This document shows, one piece after another, positions 13,870-28,814 of a stretch of 64,000 bases of DNA. The stretch spans positions 24,614,001 through 24,678,000 of the forward strand of contig CM022670.1 of NCBI GenBank assembly GCA_012295275.1, written 5' to 3'. Positions within the stretch are counted from its first letter, which is position 1, and each line of letters begins with the position of its first letter. A program made the position numbers and the translations under genes. Source of the DNA: Chrysomallon squamiferum (taxonomy: Eukaryota; Animalia; Mollusca). Under the pieces are notes generated by a model. It was not told where the DNA came from and did no database searches. It saw only the letters and a list, made by a program, of their open reading frames with translations.

Positions 13870-14528
13870 ATGTCGTCATAATGATGACTCACGAATAACT
13901 CGTCATAATCACTACTTGTTAATGTAAGTCCGCAAAATGATGACTTATCCTAGCGTGTTCTCTCTTAGAACTAGCCATCATAATCCGCTTTCATCGGTTT
14001 AACATATGTCATAGAAAATGTCCTTTAATTTTTGTCTTTTCCATTCTTCAGTTAATATCCCCAGATTCATCCGCTTTAAAAACTTATCGGAAGATAACCC
14101 AACTTTTCTTAAAACGATCAGTTCAACTGTCATTCAGTTTCTCAACATCCTCCTGACCAAGTTACTCAGCAAAGCCTCGTGCTTATTGAGGTAGCATTTC
14201 ACCATCGATTCGAATTTCAGGTTCTGCAGCCATTTGTCTGAACCATTTAATTGGTGCGGAGCTGACATCTTCATACGCCCTTTTCTTGAATCGGGAAGTT
14301 CACCCTTCTCTATGGGCCCGATGACTTTAGATTTGTTGTTAAAATGTCATTTAATGTGATGCGGGGAATCTTGAATCTCTCCGCGTCAGACCCTTTTTCT
14401 CACCAGGATTGGCTTGACTATACTTAATTATTTCAGTCTTGTTTATTAGCCGTCTTTTTCTGCCATTTTGTACACCTAAAAAAGTCATTATACCAACACA
14501 TAGCGTCCGTTTACATTTATGTCAACTG
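13870..14528 (-). mobile_element. Tigger/pogo-family transposase relic immediately 3' of copy C
   Basis: The minus strand gives KTEIIKYSQANPGEK..ERFKIPRITLNDIL (psq-type HTH) and YEDVSSAPIKWFRQMAAEPEIRIDGEML..ARGFAE (CENP-B-type HTH), with a decayed DETG-like motif near 13990. A TA|CAGTTGAC-like end lies at 14521-14530. Confidence 0.72.
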
Positions 14529-14879
14529 TATTTAAATCGAATAAAATGTTTATGTTTCATTTGTCTTTAGATATTAAAAATATCCTCCTTTCTCATATTT
14601 CTCAATACAAGGCCTTACACTTGAGACTTTGTGGCAAACAAACAAGGAGCTGGCCTCGGACATCATCCGAACTCTGCACGACACTGGAATGAGTTGACGG
14701 CGGATAATTAAATTTGTTAAGAGTTTCGATGTAGAGTTTATTGTTACCATCATCATCATCATCATCATCATCATAATAATAATAATAAAATAAAAACAAA
14801 TATTTAAAATAATTTCACATTCATTTGTTTATACGTGTAACCTTTTTAAATGAAAATGTTACTGACTGTCTGTTTTCAG

Positions 14880-15037
14880 TAAATATCTTGCTCTTTCGCC
14901 TCCATGAACATTTCAGTAGCACGAATTCTAGATCTGAGAGCTATTGTAATAAAGCTTTGTACTGGTTTACATTTACTATGACAATTGTTTGGTACATTCC
15001 CCTCGTCCTTATGATTTATGTGTATGCGCTGGACTAA
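14880..15037 (+). pseudogene. Orphan terminal exon D of a B-type TMEM272-like gene
   Basis: Near-identical to copy B exon 8911-9068 (NILLFRLHEHFSSTNSRSESYCNKALYWFTFTMTIVWYIPLVLMIYVYALD*). Intact ttttcag acceptor, and a B-like 3' flank to ~15410. The upstream B-type exons are absent. Confidence 0.75.
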
Positions 15038-15917
15038 CTGTCTCCCTCTACATTTGTTGACTGTGGATAATAAAATTATACTGTGTTTTTTATTTGTTAA
15101 AATCTTCTTTCGCTGTTTAGTTTACTGTCATCATCATTATTATTGTTGTTATTATTATTATAATTGTTCTTGTTGTTGTATATGACAGAATAAAAACAAA
15201 TGTTTAATGAGATTTTAATTTATTAAAAACTTTTATTTACTTTTTATTTATTTTTTATTTTTAATATGTATATACCTATCGATTTATTGGTGTATATTTA
15301 TGTTTGTATATCTGTCGGCCTGCTCGTCTATTTGTCGGTCTCTCTGTCTGTGTCGCTATATTTTGTCATAATTTGTTCCTGAATCATTACAGACATGCTT
15401 ATAAACTCAATGAATTTTTTTGTTTGTTTTTGTTTTAATTAATAATCGAAAATGCAGCAATGAAAATCTTTTTTGTCTTTTTTTTTTTTTTTTCTTTTTT
15501 TTTTTTGTTGTTGTTGTTGTAATTTATAAGCAAATGTCATTTAATGGAACAGAGAGCTAAGAACCTGTTAACTATTTCAAATCGTTTTATATTATAGTTA
15601 TTATTTGGGGGGTTTTGCGTATAGGCCTGAAGGGCTGCTAAAATATTTCCAAAGAACAGACACGAACCAAATGTGGAAGAAAGATTCGTAATAGTTTATT
15701 TGCTTGTTGTTGTTATGGGTGTTTGTTTGTTTGTTGTTGTTTGGTTGGGGTTTTTTTTTTTTTTTGCTTTATATATATATATGACGTGCGTTAGAAAGCA
15801 GATAAGAATTTAAAAGCAGACAAATTTTCTACTAGAAATGAACTTGATCATTATCAGGTTAATCATAAGCAATTTCATTACTTATAATAAATAATAAATA
15901 AAATAATATGTAAAATA

Positions 15918-15954
<37 letters not shown>

Positions 15955-16154
15955 ACTCGATTTCACGGACTAATAGGGGGAATAACCAGCTGGGAAAACG
16001 CAAAAGTTTGGGTAATCGCGAGTGTAAAAATTAACCTTGTGATTGACATATTTATATCTGCAGAAATCACTGTTATCTGGTACACAAACTTCAATATTTC
16101 ATAATATTATACTGCACATTTATAAAGTAAATTTGACTTATACACAAGACCTGA

Positions 16155-16207
<53 letters not shown>

Positions 16208-16849
16208 ACACACACACACACACACACACAGAGGTAGAATCAATATACATTACTGGCTGATTAATATATTTATCAGGTTTAAACACATTCCTGTTGTTTG
16301 TGAAAACAGTATCATGCTGAAACAAATGCTTGATTTATTTTTTTTTGCATAAAATTAAATATGGATGCATTTATTGTGAAATAAATAAAACGTTAACTGT
16401 GTTACGTGTATAATTTATTATAAACTTTCAATGCATTTTTATTATTTGCTTCATTTATATATATATATATACTGCCTTTTATATGTTAGTGCCCATATAA
16501 TAACTGAAACATACTTAAAAACCTGTGATAAATATCATGCGCCCATATTCACGCTTGTCATATTTTGAAAGGAAAGTTCACTGCAGTATAACAAAGTGTT
16601 CTTGTATTCAACCATTAGTACAGTCAGTTCTTCACAATGGTTGCTATCAATGTCCGCATGGGCCTTTATATATGTTTTATCTTTACCTTCATGCGTGTTT
16701 GAGTTGATTTGTTTACCTAACTTCATAACTTCTATTAATATCTCCTGATTTCAAGGAGGTTTCGGATTTCCTTGGCTAAAAACAAAAAGTGTTTCTGGCA
16801 GCGGATTTATAAAATCTTGTAAGTTATTTAAACGTGTTATTTTTATTTA

Positions 16850-17400
16850 CCGTATATACTTGTGTACAAGGCGACCTTATGTATAAGTCGATGTGTATTT
16901 TAAGACCAAAAATTGCGTCATTTTAGGTATTATTTGTGTATAAGTCGACTGTAGATTCCAGGCAGCGTCACTTTGTTTTCGATTTGTCGGTAGTGGATAT
17001 TAATGACGATTGCAATATTATTTCACCAAATTCTTTACAATTACACAAGTGTGTTTTGTTCATGAAATTAGGACCGATATTTAGTGCAATCTGGCAGAGA
17101 AGTCTGCATTCCTAGATCATTGCAAGACGCCGTAAGGCATAACGCCGTACTGACGGTTTTTTCGCTTTAAAATGTATTTTTATGTCATTAAACGGAAGAA
17201 TATCATGTTTTACATTCATATTTGGTTTTGTTATTTGATTTTTCAAAATTTTTTATACGATAAAATTATATTTTTGAAAAGCCGAAAGACCGCGATTATT
17301 TTAGATGCATCCCGTAAAAAAAATAAAAATAGTCAAAATGGCAACAGCTACTTACTTCAGCAACAAAATATTACAAAAATTCGACATTACCTATGTATAA
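16850..17400. mobile_element. Truncated non-autonomous Tc1/mariner-superfamily (Tc2/pogo-like, CCGTA-ended) element
   Basis: ~550-bp insertion absent from the paralogous positions in the A and C units. Begins ta|CCGTATATACT with repeated subterminal tgtataagtcga motifs (~16880, ~16937). No matching right end seen. Confidence 0.5.
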
Positions 17401-17770
17401 TTATTGGTTAATTTGTTTGTGGATAATAATTGATTCATTTAGATAATAATAAAACATAATAATAATAATAATAATAAAAGAGATATTCTTCAGTATAATA
17501 ATTAATAATAATAATATAATTACTTTCTTACTGTCTCTTATTATTAATGCCTTGAATAACTTAATTTATTATATTTTATTTTATTTGTTAATTATTATTA
17601 ATAATGATAATAACAACTACTACTACTACTACTACTACTAATGACAACAACAACTTCTATTGCCAGACTACTAAAACTATAACTACTACTACTATTACTA
17701 CCATTGTTTCTTGTTCTTTTTTTTGGTCAGCGGCAAACTATCCAAGTGATATTTTTGAGTCGAAAAGACA

Positions 17771-19695
17771 ATGGATAACTGGAGTAAGTAGAGAAAAATT
17801 CATTCCAATATAGAAAAGGAATGAATTTGAGTAAAGTACAGAATGGTTACCAAAAGCAATAAAAGAAAACTACATAGACAAAAATAATTTCCTCCACAAA
17901 TATAGCTAATAATAATAAGAAGAAGAATAAGAATAAAATATTCAAATTTAGTAGGATAATTGTGTGAATCTTCATTTCTTTGTGGGCAAGGAACTATTTC
18001 CAGTTCCAACATGTGTCATACACTATAAGGATTTGCATTCATAGAGAAAGTGAATATAAATATATCCCTGAAGTTAATCAGTTAGAATAGCACACTCAGT
18101 GGCAGCAATAGATTTAATATCGATGTAGATACAAATTTTATGATATAGATTTAATATCTAGGCTCAACCAAAAAGAATAACCAAAATGTCTAAGCTCAGT
18201 AGTCCAGACTTCTTTATATAATACAGTATACAAGACTTATACCTAGCAAAAATAATATTTATTATTATTGTTGTTGTTAATCTTAAAAGGTTACTTCTAA
18301 TTATTTTTCAGTTACGTTTAAAATAATACTGTATTGCATAACCCTGGCGATGTCCATCTCGTTCATTGTGATGGGTAACAATATTTTCATTTTATTTTTT
18401 CTATTTCCATATAAAAAATATGTACCTTCATCTGTGTGTTGTTGTGTGTTTGTGTGTAAGCACGTATTTTGTGTATTTATGTTTCTAAGTGTTCATCAGT
18501 TAGTATGTATGTTCATACATGATGTTGGTATGTGCCTAAATACGTAAGGATGCATACATGCATGGATGTATAATGTCCTTTTTAACTGATATTCCCTATC
18601 TACCCAGTTATGTAACCATGTATTTAAATATTGAGATATTGCTGATTTTTTATCGATATCATTATTTTGTCACCGTCTCTTACCAAAATATATCACAAAG
18701 TAAGTACTTAATTTTCATTCTGCAGGTTCTAAAGATAAAATAGTTAATCTCCATCTGTCCAGCCATGTCTCTGTTTGTTTGATTTATCAAAGTTTTCATA
18801 ATGTTTTATTTTCCAGGTTCTATACATATAAAAAACTGCCCTGCAGAAATATTGATCCCAGTCTTTCTGATAGTGATGGGTGGATTTTGCTGTCTTAAAC
18901 TAATGTTAGAATTTCGCAGAATATATCGACATATGAAATATCGGCTTGTTAGACGTCATCCCTTGTTTGAAACAATAGGCATATTGTTTCTGATTGTCTG
19001 TTTTTTCGCAGGTATGTATTTATCTATCTGGTGGTGATGGGCAGATTAGGCTGTTGAAAAAGTAGTGTCAGAATTTCGAAGACTATAACAGAGAAAGGGT
19101 TAACAACAAGAAAATTAAATACCATTGTTTCAGACAAATTATAGCCATTTTCTTACTGATAGGTTACTATTTGTCAGGTGTGTGTTTATTTTAACAATAC
19201 CATAACTTTTATTGACATAAAAAATAATTAAATCCTAACATGTATAGTTTGTAATTTATATTATTTTTAGGTGTATGTTTGTTATTAGTATTTTGAATGC
19301 TGCAAAATAAATAAAGAAAAGCAGTAGTAAAAATAAATGAAGTATGTAAGTAAATAAGTAAATAAATAAATCCAGTTACTGGTAATAGACCACAAAATAG
19401 CAGCAATGAATGGAATTATTACTTTGTATTTTCAGGAAATGTCTTCATCTTCCGCATTCATGGACACTTCAATGGCTTGGACTCAACAGCTGAAAACTAT
19501 TGTAATAAAGATTTTTACTGGTTTTCATTTGGAATGACAATTGCTTGGTACATTCCCTTCATCCTTCTGATTTACGTCTTTGTAAAAGACCATGTCCGTA
19601 GTGATAGTGAATCAGTGGCACTCAGAGAGGGGGACGAAGAGGCGGTGAACTCGAACATCCACGAGGTGGGAGTCATCGAAATGACGAGACAATAA
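17771..19695 (+). CDS. TMEM272-like four-TM protein, array copy E (A-type, 176 aa)
   Basis: Exons 17771-17783 (ATG GAT AAC TGG A|gtaagt), 18312-18374, 18817-19011 and 19436-19695 (TAA). CDS 531 nt, in frame: MDNWITFKIILYCITLAMSISFIVMGSIHIKNCPAEILIPVFLIVMGG...NYCNKDFYWFSFGMTIAWY... Confidence 0.82.
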
Positions 19696-19724
19696 TGTGT
19701 CCGAAATGTTTCTGTTGAGCAATG

Positions 19725-20210
19725 TTAAGTCGTCATATAACTTGGTAAAATGATAATCCGGTTTCATCGGTGTTATACATATCCTGTGGTTCATGTATCT
19801 GGAGAATGTCCTTCAATTTTTCTGTTTTCTATTCTTCAACTACTGATGTATTAATAACCCCAGATTCACCAGCTTTAAGCACTTTTCCGAAAACCCACGT
19901 TTTCTTACAACGATCAGTTCAGCTGTCATTCAGTTTCTCACCATCCTCGTGACCGCGTTGTTCAGCAAAGCCTCGTGCTTTTTGAAGTAGCATTTCACCA
20001 CTGATTCTGGATTTCAGGTCTAGCAGCCGTTGGTCGGAACTATTTAACTGGCGCGGTGCCGACATCTTCAAACGTCATCTTTTCTTGAATCGCCATGCTC
20101 ACCCTTCTCTGCAGTCCCGATGACTTTAGATTTGTTTTTTTTTAAGTAATTTAATGATGTGCGGGTAATCACTTTCCCAACGCACAGCGCCCCTCTACAT
20201 CTATGTCAGT
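19725..20210 (-). mobile_element. Tigger/pogo-family transposase relic 3' of copy E (paralogous to 13870-14528)
   Basis: Minus strand: ISGEMLLQKARGFAEQRG..S*TDRCKKTW..AGESGVINTSVVEE*KTEKLKDILQIHEPQDMYNTDETGL. This matches the CENP-B HTH through the first catalytic Asp (NxDETGL) of pogo/Tigger transposases. In-frame stops present. Confidence 0.8.
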
Positions 20211-20259
20211 AGCTTGAGCTAGAAATTAACTGCGGTTTGTGTTACTTGGGACCAAACGT

Positions 20260-20650
20260 CAAGTGACGATTTAGATGTTTGGACGAAATAGATTCGATAA
20301 CTTAGACAGGGATATTTTATTGGAAATAGCTAACGGAATTCGTAATTTTCGTTAACCTAATCCGCTGTACTCACCTGACTTTGCATCTTCACATAACCAC
20401 TTATTTTAAACCATAGAAAATTATTTTAATTGGACGAACTTAAATTTTCTGGAAGGCTGCTAAAACTACTTAAACCAGTTCATCATCACCTGACAGAAGT
20501 CAAATGCAGGGAGGACCGAATCACGAAGCTGCCTCAAAGATGGTGAAAGTTAGTGGAACACAATGGCACACGGGTGACTGAATAAATCTATTTTACAAAT
20601 ATTCTTCAACTTTCATTTAAAAAACGCTATGAACCCAAAGCATAATATTT
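20260..20650 (+). mobile_element. Mariner transposase C-terminal relic
   Basis: Translation NPLYSPDFASSHNHLF*TIENYFN...LNQF...ITKLPQRW*KLVEHNGT matches the mariner YSPDLAPSDYHLF...KLPERWQKVVE.NG signature. YSPD codons at 20368-20379. Confidence 0.78.
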
Positions 20651-21827
20651 GATTTATATTAGCTACCCATTACAATATAACATAACTTTTGCTAAACATT
20701 ATCCAAACATTATCTAAACATTAAGGTATTTAACACACATTACATAAACTTTTTTTCTTTTTTTGGATGACGAAGCCATAGATTTTGGAAAATGCATTTT
20801 CTATAGACCATGCTCTGCTATGGTATTAGAACAATTCATTTTTCATCACTGGCTGGTATTTCAAATTTCTAAATGAATTAGTGGAGAAGTAATTGAATAA
20901 AATCAACCAGACAACATAGAGACTGATGGACAAGAAAGGCAGAGTTAGGATGGATGGTTGAATGGACAGACAGAGATTTACATAACAGCCAAATATGTTC
21001 ACTGTGACTGTGGTCAAAATACCAATATTTTCTACTGACATTCAAGTATTTTTAATTTTGAAAGGTTTGCCCTCGAAGTAATAATTTCACGATATCAATG
21101 TACAATTTCCTGTAATATAATATTATTATTGCTGTTACTTTTACTATTACTATTATTAATAATACTATTAATATTATTATTATTTAAGTACTTAATCTTA
21201 AATGTTCATTTTGCAAACCAATGGAAATTCCACGTTCTGGTTGTTTATTATATTTTTCAGAATCAGTTTGGATTTATGTGCAACAACACAATGCACATGC
21301 ATGTAAATAATGTCTGATCTGTGCCCTGTCTAGTTTCAGTGCTGGTTTCAAACGTGCAAAGTTGTGATAAATAAATAGAACTGAAAACAAAGAAAAAATA
21401 GGTGAAAGGATGTTTTTTTTTTTATTATTTTTAACAAATAAAACATGAAAATAAATAAATATTAAGTATTCACTGTATTATGTGCTGTATATTACACAAA
21501 ACTGTATTGATATGGATTTTGACTAATGTAAAATGAATAATTAACTAAATATTACATGAAAAGTGTGTGTGTCTATACGTATATATAGAAACGAATACAC
21601 ACACACACAAATGCATGCATATATTAAAAAATAAAAAAAATTCTGCCATATGTTTCATCTGAATAAAAATTAAAATATTTAAAATTCAAATAAATGTAAA
21701 TTTCTTTAAAATATATAAACCAACAAGAATGTAAAGAATTAACATAATAAAAACAATGATCTAGTATTTCCAAAATAAGAGTGTTGTCACTTTGGTGATT
21801 AAAACTTTTAAAGAAAATGAACAAAAA

Positions 21828-21863
<36 letters not shown>

Positions 21864-22230
21864 AAAAAATAATAATATATATATATTTTGCAAATAACTG
21901 GTAGTTGAGCACTTGAAAACAAATATAAATAGATAGATAGCAATAATTATTTTATATAGATTTATCTTATTCTGTTAAATCAGTTTCTGGAAACAGGTTC
22001 TGAACCAGACACATTGCAATATACAAAGTTAACTTGAAAAACTAGACATTCTGGAAAAGATCTGGTTATTTATATTTTAATTTTTAATACTTATTAGTGT
22101 TCATTTGCTAAGACTGTAAAATGAGAGTGGTTATATATAACAAACACTAGCAACAAGTTATGACATTTGTCCCTGTACTTCTTGTTTTTTAATATATTAT
22201 TTATTGACAACAGGAAAGGATGCAATGGAA

Positions 22231-22660
22231 CAGGGCTCGAAACGGACACTCGCCAGGTCGTTGCGGGTAAGTTAAACAAAATGTGGGTTCTATAAGTTAT
22301 AACACAAGAGCCACTATTAATCATTTTACCACTAATATTTATTTCACGTAAAAAGGTTTGCTTGTTGTTCGATAAACTGGACGTATCCGCTTACTTTAAT
22401 GTGCCAACATCTATTTATAGACACTAATTTTGTAGACCGGATATGCATGGCTTTAACTACAGTCTTGATAAACAAAACCGTGAGTCTCGCTGACCCAATA
22501 TCGTAAACCTGATCGTGACCATTCGGATCATCTCGGCCGAATGCGCGGACACATACGAACCTTCCCGAATGCCGTCTTAGCAAGTTTTCAAAATGAGTAT
22601 TTTAGAGGCCCAAATTAGTTTTTTGGACCACCACACATTTCAGATGAGTTTCGAGCCCTG
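22231..22660. mobile_element. MITE, hAT-like (430 bp)
   Basis: Perfect 13-bp TIRs cagggctcgaaac (22231-22243) and gtttcgagccctg (22648-22660). Flanks gcaatggaa and ttaatggaa resemble a decayed target-site duplication. The interior is GC-richer and non-coding. Confidence 0.7.
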
Positions 22661-23241
22661 TTAATGGAATATAGTCTTTTGAGATTTTGAGAGAATGAGA
22701 AAAAAATGCACTGGATATATCTTCACATCTGATTAGACAATTATTAAGTAATTATGTCTGTGACATAAAACATCCATTCCTGTAATGAAGAACTCCATGA
22801 AGTGATGAAACTGAGTTTCCCAACATTACAAATTTATTTTTTAAAACTTTGGCATTTGATAGCCAACAGTCATCAACAATAAAATATACTTGTTTATTCG
22901 TGTTAATTCTGACTAGATCATTTAAAGCTATCAATAAATTAAACACATTTTGTGTTTATAATGTGTCTGTAAATGTGTAAAGACTTCCAGTTCAAGTGTT
23001 TGAACCTGGCACCCGTTTGGTCAGACAACCAAGATCTACCAATATGAATTAATGAAATGTGCGTACTTTTTACCTATGTATGGAAGTAACACTATCTTTC
23101 ACCTGAGAGAATTCCAGAATATTCTGACATGCAAGAATTCTTGAATGTGAGCTTGTAATGGCATCTGTTGCTCTTGATACAAACAGCACAACAACCTGTG
23201 TTTAACACACATAATCAAACACAATTAAATGATTAGTTAGG

Positions 23242-27135
<3,894 letters not shown>

Positions 27136-27732
27136 CGTCCTCCATAATGTTTCTTCTTCGGTAACTTTCTTTCGATTCCTATGCGCATTAATGTCCAAAA
27201 AGTAAGAAATAATTTTCACAGTACATGACCGTCTAACAAACGTTTTATTATTTATTTATTTATTTGTTTGTTTGTTTGTTTTTATTAACGTAAACCAAGG
27301 TGCATCCTTGATGCATTTTATTCAATTCGTGATTTTCGAGTGTGATAACCAAAAGTAGTTGCAATATCTAAATACGCATAAATGGGTATAAAAATATAAA
27401 TTAAATTAATTATCGAAGCTATCATAATAATATAAAATTTAACTAAAGTCATTTTACTTTTGATAATACATTGTTAAACCTATTGCCTGAATAGCTGAAG
27501 TTATTGTTTTAATTAAAAAGGCGTATAAAATTAAACTGATATAATTATTTGTTACACTTGATTTTATTGTGACACATTTTCAAGGAATGACGGTGTAAGA
27601 AGAAAAAGTGAAAAAAAAAAAAATATATATATATATTAATAATAACAGCAACAACAACAACAACGACAGTGGTGAATGCTCAGGCGTAATGAGTAATACT
27701 CTATTATTTTATTTTATTTCCATATATATATA

Positions 27733-27936
27733 CAAGGGGGTGCAAAAGTAGGTATACAGTTATGAAAAAAGAAAACATTTACAGTACTCTTTGCATTTAT
27801 TATTCAAACAAAACAAAAAAAGCATTTTTATTCATTTAAATAAAATATGGTTAATGGCACTAAAAATAAGAAACGTGAGTGTGCTACAAAATTCACTGAT
27901 GTGATACTACTGTATACCTACTTTTGCACCCCCCTG
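27733..27936. mobile_element. Tc1/mariner-type MITE (204 bp)
   Basis: 28-bp TIRs with one mismatch: caagggggtgcaaaagtaggtatacagt at 27733-27760 and its reverse complement at 27909-27936. Flanked by TA on both sides. Confidence 0.85.
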
Positions 27937-28184
27937 TATATATAATTTTTTTATTAATATGATTGTCAGAAGTTGCTTTTTTTTTTATTTACTTTCATAT
28001 TGTTTTGTATTTTTGTCTCATTTTAAGTTGATAGCAGCAATCTTATCACACTTGAAGAAAACAAAAAATATATTAAAAAAAGGCCGGAAGCTGATTAACA
28101 TAAACATCCTGTTAAAATTGTTAAATTAACTACAAGATATCAGTTAAGATGAAGCATTCTAATTACACACAAGAGACCGACCTG

Positions 28185-28219
<35 letters not shown>

Positions 28220-28781
28220 CTTTTCTTTTTTTTTTTTTTTTCAAATGTTTTCCAGCAGTAACCCAGTGTCCTTTCACTAAAGTCACAAAACACTTTAAAT
28301 GTCCTGGATGACAAACGACGGGTAGGTCGACTGTCTCCGGGGCATCTTCGTAGTCTTAAGAAATATTTGAGTTAACGGTGTGTGCGTCAAACTGAATTTG
28401 AATTCTCCGCAGACAAAGGCGATGCCCCACATCCGGACAGATCAAAGTGTATCCCAATCTGGCAGGTGGGCTATTATACCCGGGGTGCCGTTAGAGGTTA
28501 CCCTGCTTCAAGGAATGCAGCGGGAGGATCCACGACTAACAGTTTATTGCACAGAGCACGTCTCATGTTGCCGGTTGTGGTGATAACCGAATTTTGTTTG
28601 CAAAAATTCGTAAACAAATCCACTGGAGGACAGTGTAATTATCTTGAGTGCGTATGTACTTTTAGTAACAAAGAAATGAAATGAAAAGGAGAGAAAAAAA
28701 CCCCAAACCTATAACAAAGAGAATATTTAATATATTTTATATTCGTACATGCATACGTAATCACACACACACACACAAACA

Positions 28782-28814
<33 letters not shown>

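Larger units (their letters stand above)
1..20210 (+). repeat. Tandem segmental duplication of TMEM272-like gene units
   Basis: Aligning blocks: ~1-480 with ~10800-11190 and ~16550-16845; ~9990-10380 with ~16040-16500; ~8880-9450 with ~14850-15410; and the A, C and E gene bodies including introns. The window starts inside a unit. Confidence 0.9.

Noticed and set aside
16755-16780. IRF/NF-kB-like motif (gtttcggatttcc) upstream of array copy E
   Set aside because: Short imperfect match that is altered in the A and C units; insufficient to claim immune regulation.
28382-28684. 100-aa ORF in the GC-richer island
   Set aside because: GTG start, no recognisable domain and no supporting exon structure; better explained as regulatory or repeat DNA.
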